NCBI GenBank assembly: GCA_965250005.1
Contig: OZ252279.1
Coordinates: 540,001 to 572,000 of the forward strand
Length of the DNA stretch: 32,000 nucleotides
Origin: Demequinaceae bacterium
GTDB lineage: Bacteria; Actinomycetota; Actinomycetes; Actinomycetales; Demequinaceae
Reading direction: 5' to 3'
The notes beneath the pieces are model-generated. The model had not been told where the DNA came from. It saw nothing but the letters and a program-made list of their open reading frames with translations, and made no database searches. Positions 29,363 through 32,000 of the stretch are shown piece after piece (the first letter of the stretch is position 1; every line of letters starts with the position of its first letter). A program made the position numbers and the translations under genes.

Positions 29363-30706
29363 CTAGCCGCGTTGGATATCAGGGCGAGCATCGCCTGCGG
29401 GCGGCTCCCACGCGCCGGCATCGGCAGCAACCTGCTCACCCGAGCGAATGTCCTTGATTTCGCCATCTCCGTCTTCGCCGGGGAACCACACGAACGGAAT
29501 CCCGCGCTTGTCTGCGAACTGAATCTGCTTGCCAAACTTTGCGGCCGACGGCGCCACCTCAGCAGAGATCCCGCGTTCGCGCAGCCGGTTTGCAATGAAG
29601 TTCGACTGGCCTCGCGCCGTCTCATCCACGACAGCGATGAGCACCGCGGTGGGAACTGCGCGCGTAGCCGTCACATGCCCCGCGCTCACGACCAGACTCA
29701 TAATCCGCGTGACGCCCGCGGAGATGCCCACGCCGGGGAAGCCGCCACCGGCGACCAGGGATTCGTAGCGTCCACCCGAGCAGATCGAGCCGAGCCCGTC
29801 GTGGCCCTCGACGAACGTCTCAAAGACGGACCCCGTGTAGTACTCGAGTCCGCGCGCGATGCTCAGGTCCGCGACAGCAACCCCAGGTACCGCAGCGTTG
29901 AGCCCGTCCATGAGCGCGCCTAGCTCGGTGAGTCCTGCGGCGAGGGTGGCCTGTGCGTCAGTGTGATCGTCAGCCTTGGGCGTCGTCTCCCATAGATCGT
30001 CAACCGCGTCAAGGAATCCCGCGTCATCCGAGCGAATCTTGGCGAGCTCAAGGATCGCAGAGGCGGCATCTTCTGAAACGCCTTGCCCCGCAATCTCTTT
30101 CGCAACGCCCTCGGGGCCGAGTTTCGCGAGTTTGTCGACGCTGCGAAGCGCGCCCGCGACATCCTCGACTCCGACGCCGGTGTAGAACCCCTCGACCAAC
30201 TTGCGATTGTTGACGTGCATGCGCACGGGCGGGATCGGAAGCTTGGACAACGCGCTCGCCATCACCGCCGCGACCTCAACGTCAACGTGCAGAGGGAGCG
30301 TCTCGCGGCCAACGACGTCGATATCCGCTTGGTAGAACTCCCGGAAGCGACCGTCCTGCGGCCGCTCTCCTCTCCACACCTTCTGTACCTGATAGCGGCG
30401 AAATGGGAACTGGAGCTGGCCCTGAAACTCTTCCACGTACCGCGCGAAGGGCACCGTCAGATCGAAGTGCAGCCCGAGCTTTGATTTCTCCGCGCCGTCT
30501 GAGTTGAGGCGACGCAGCGCATAGATCTCTTTTGCGGCTTCGCTATCCCCCGCCAGTCGACTCACCGGCTCAACCGCGCGCGTCTCAATTTCGGCAAATC
30601 CGTGAAGCTCAAACTCGCCCCGAAGTACGTCGAGAATGTGCCGCTCAATGATTCTTTGTTGGGGCGTCCATTCGGGAAAACCAGACAGTGGGGCGGTTCG
30701 GCTCAT
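29363..30706 (-). CDS. hisS: Histidyl-tRNA synthetase
   Basis: GFPEWTPQQRIIERHILD, FDLTVPFARYVEEFQGQLQFPFRRYQVQKVWRGERPQDGRFREFYQADIDVVG, ARGLEYYTGSVFE. ATG at 30706 preferred over the ORF-track start at 30817, which would run into the divergent gene. Confidence 0.96.
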   Translation of the reverse strand: MSRTAPLSGFPEWTPQQRIIERHILDVLRGEFELHGFAEIETRAVEPVSRLAGDSEAAKEIYALRRLNSDGAEKSKLGLHFDLTVPFARYVEEFQGQLQFPFRRYQVQKVWRGERPQDGRFREFYQADIDVVGRETLPLHVDVEVAAVMASALSKLPIPPVRMHVNNRKLVEGFYTGVGVEDVAGALRSVDKLAKLGPEGVAKEIAGQGVSEDAASAILELAKIRSDDAGFLDAVDDLWETTPKADDHTDAQATLAAGLTELGALMDGLNAAVPGVAVADLSIARGLEYYTGSVFETFVEGHDGLGSICSGGRYESLVAGGGFPGVGISAGVTRIMSLVVSAGHVTATRAVPTAVLIAVVDETARGQSNFIANRLRERGISAEVAPSAAKFGKQIQFADKRGIPFVWFPGEDGDGEIKDIRSGEQVAADAGAWEPPAGDARPDIQRG

Positions 30707-30766
30707 GGGCACATCCTTCCACCTCAACCCGCTTAGACTGTCGAGGCGACACCCACCGGAGGGCTG

Positions 30767-31531
30767 ATGTCTACGAAGAAGCAAGCGCGCGCGGCCGAAA
30801 AGCGCCGCCACGAGCAACTGGCGGCAAAGGCCGAGAGTCGTTCGACGGCTCGCCAGCGCCGCATCAAAGTCGTTGGCGTCATTGCCGCGGTCGCCATCGT
30901 CGGGAGCTTTGTTGGCTTTGGCGCTGTCGCGCTGTTCCCAACGGATTCAACAACGCCCGACGACGGAACCGATTCTGAGGGCGGAGCCACCGACCCCATC
31001 CCCGGCGAAGCCCCGGCGCCCAGCGTGGCCGAAGGCCGCGAGTGGACCGCCCAGATCGACACCAGCCAGGGCCCGCTTACCATCTCGCTTGACGGCTCTG
31101 CTGCTCCGCAGGCGGTGGCGTCCTTCGTCACCCTCGCGAAGGCCGGCTACTTCGACGGCACCACGTGCCACCGCCTGGTCACAGCGGGCATCTACGTTCT
31201 CCAGTGTGGCGACCCAACTGCCACTGGAACCGGCGGCCCGGGCTACAACTTTGGGCCCATCGAGAATGCCCCCGCAGACGACCTTTATCGTGCGGGTACG
31301 TTCGCAATGGCGCGTCAAGGCGGAGACGGCGAATCTATGGGAAGCCAGTTCTTCATCGTATTCGAGGACTCGGTCATTCCCTCAGACGGAGCCGGCGGCT
31401 ACACCGTGTTTGGCACTGTGACCGACGGCATCGCTATTGTTGAGACTGTCGCCAGAGAGGGCACCGTAACGGGTGGTCCTGACGGCGCGCCCGCCCTGCC
31501 CGTCGTCTTAAACGAGGTGTCCGTGTCATGA
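30767..31531 (+). CDS. Membrane-anchored cyclophilin-type peptidyl-prolyl cis-trans isomerase
   Basis: N-terminal basic region and TM (IKVVGVIAAVAIVGSFVGFGAVALF), Pro/acidic linker, cyclophilin-like core (SFVTLAKAGYFDGTTCHRLV, GSQFFIVF, YTVFGTVTDG). GGAGG Shine-Dalgarno. Confidence 0.88.
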   Translation: MSTKKQARAAEKRRHEQLAAKAESRSTARQRRIKVVGVIAAVAIVGSFVGFGAVALFPTDSTTPDDGTDSEGGATDPIPGEAPAPSVAEGREWTAQIDTSQGPLTISLDGSAAPQAVASFVTLAKAGYFDGTTCHRLVTAGIYVLQCGDPTATGTGGPGYNFGPIENAPADDLYRAGTFAMARQGGDGESMGSQFFIVFEDSVIPSDGAGGYTVFGTVTDGIAIVETVAREGTVTGGPDGAPALPVVLNEVSVS

Positions 31532-32000
31532 GTGCGTCTGAGTCCAAAGTTACCCCCGATGCAACCGAGGTTGCCGCGCCTGAGACCGCCGTAGTTGAGG
31601 AGAGGGAGCCTGCACCTGCACCTGCACCTGCACCTGCACCTGCACCTGCCGAGCCTGCACCCGCGGAATCTGCCGCACAGGACCCCGAGGACGCCGCTCC
31701 GAAGATTGCCGCAAACCCGGAACCTAAGACGAAGGCTGCACCCAAAGCAAAGGCAGCGCCGAAGCCTAAGCCCATGCCGCGCAAGGCATCCCCGGTAGCA
31801 CTGGCCGGCAAGCAGAAGCACCCGGTCAAGGTCCCGGTGGTGGCAGATATTGACGAGAAGCAGCTCAAAACTGCAGCAAAGTACGGGACCATCGAAGACG
31901 GCAAAGTTTTCGTCAAGGACGGTTCCGAACAACGTGAGGTTGGGCCTGTGGAGGGCGACGAGCCGCTCATGGCCTACGCGCGCAAGTTCTTCGAACACGA
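31528..32000 (+). CDS. DUF349 domain-containing protein, N-terminal fragment (runs off the window)
   Basis: ATGA overlap with the PPIase gene. Pro/Ala-rich low-complexity N-terminus, then YGTIEDGKVFVKDGSEQREVGPVEGDEPLMAYARKFFEH, typical of actinobacterial DUF349 proteins. Confidence 0.82.
   Translation, partial: MSASESKVTPDATEVAAPETAVVEEREPAPAPAPAPAPAPAEPAPAESAAQDPEDAAPKIAANPEPKTKAAPKAKAAPKPKPMPRKASPVALAGKQKHPVKVPVVADIDEKQLKTAAKYGTIEDGKVFVKDGSEQREVGPVEGDEPLMAYARKFFEH
31611..31646 (+). repeat. Perfect hexanucleotide microsatellite (TGCACC)x6 within the DUF349 protein gene
   Basis: Six uninterrupted copies read directly, encoding alternating Ala-Pro. Confidence 0.97.

Noticed and set aside
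30707-30817. 37-aa N-terminal extension of hisS in the supplied track
   Set aside because: It would overlap the divergent PPIase start and its Shine-Dalgarno. HisRS homologs begin near MSRTAPLSGFPEWTP.
31399-31998. Minus-strand ORF with Cys-Arg repeats (CRCRCRCRC)
   Set aside because: Simply the reverse reading of the (TGCACC)n microsatellite in the DUF349 gene. Not a real Cys-rich protein.

Overview
The window looks like a chromosomal segment of a high-GC actinobacterium (probably Micrococcales-like, inferred from gene order and protein style). Nearly everything from 1 to ~25.2 kb is one minus-strand block. In transcription order it reads rarA, rpsD, alaS, ruvX, mltG, aroE, [pilB, pilT, pilC, pilA, PilV-like giant prepilin, PilW-like prepilin, PilX-like beta-repeat protein, pilD, pilM, pilN, pilO], aroC, aroK, aroB, aroQ, efp, nusB, pyrR, pyrB (partial). 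The most interesting part is a complete-looking monoderm type IV pilus locus of about 12.6 kb, lying between aroE and aroC. It has a PilT-type retraction ATPase, a very large minor prepilin (~620 aa), a non-canonical PilX-like protein with beta-repeat character, and unusual Pro/Glu/Ser tails on PilN and PilO. Hairpins flank the major pilin gene pilA. To the right are an MMPL-family transporter (+), aspS and hisS (-), then a secreted/membrane cyclophilin-type PPIase and a DUF349 protein (+) with an in-frame hexanucleotide repeat. I saw no tRNA, rRNA, CRISPR array, transposase or phage gene. Type IV pili are a known class. What may be undescribed here are the accessory pilins, the PilN/PilO tails and the pilA RNA architecture.
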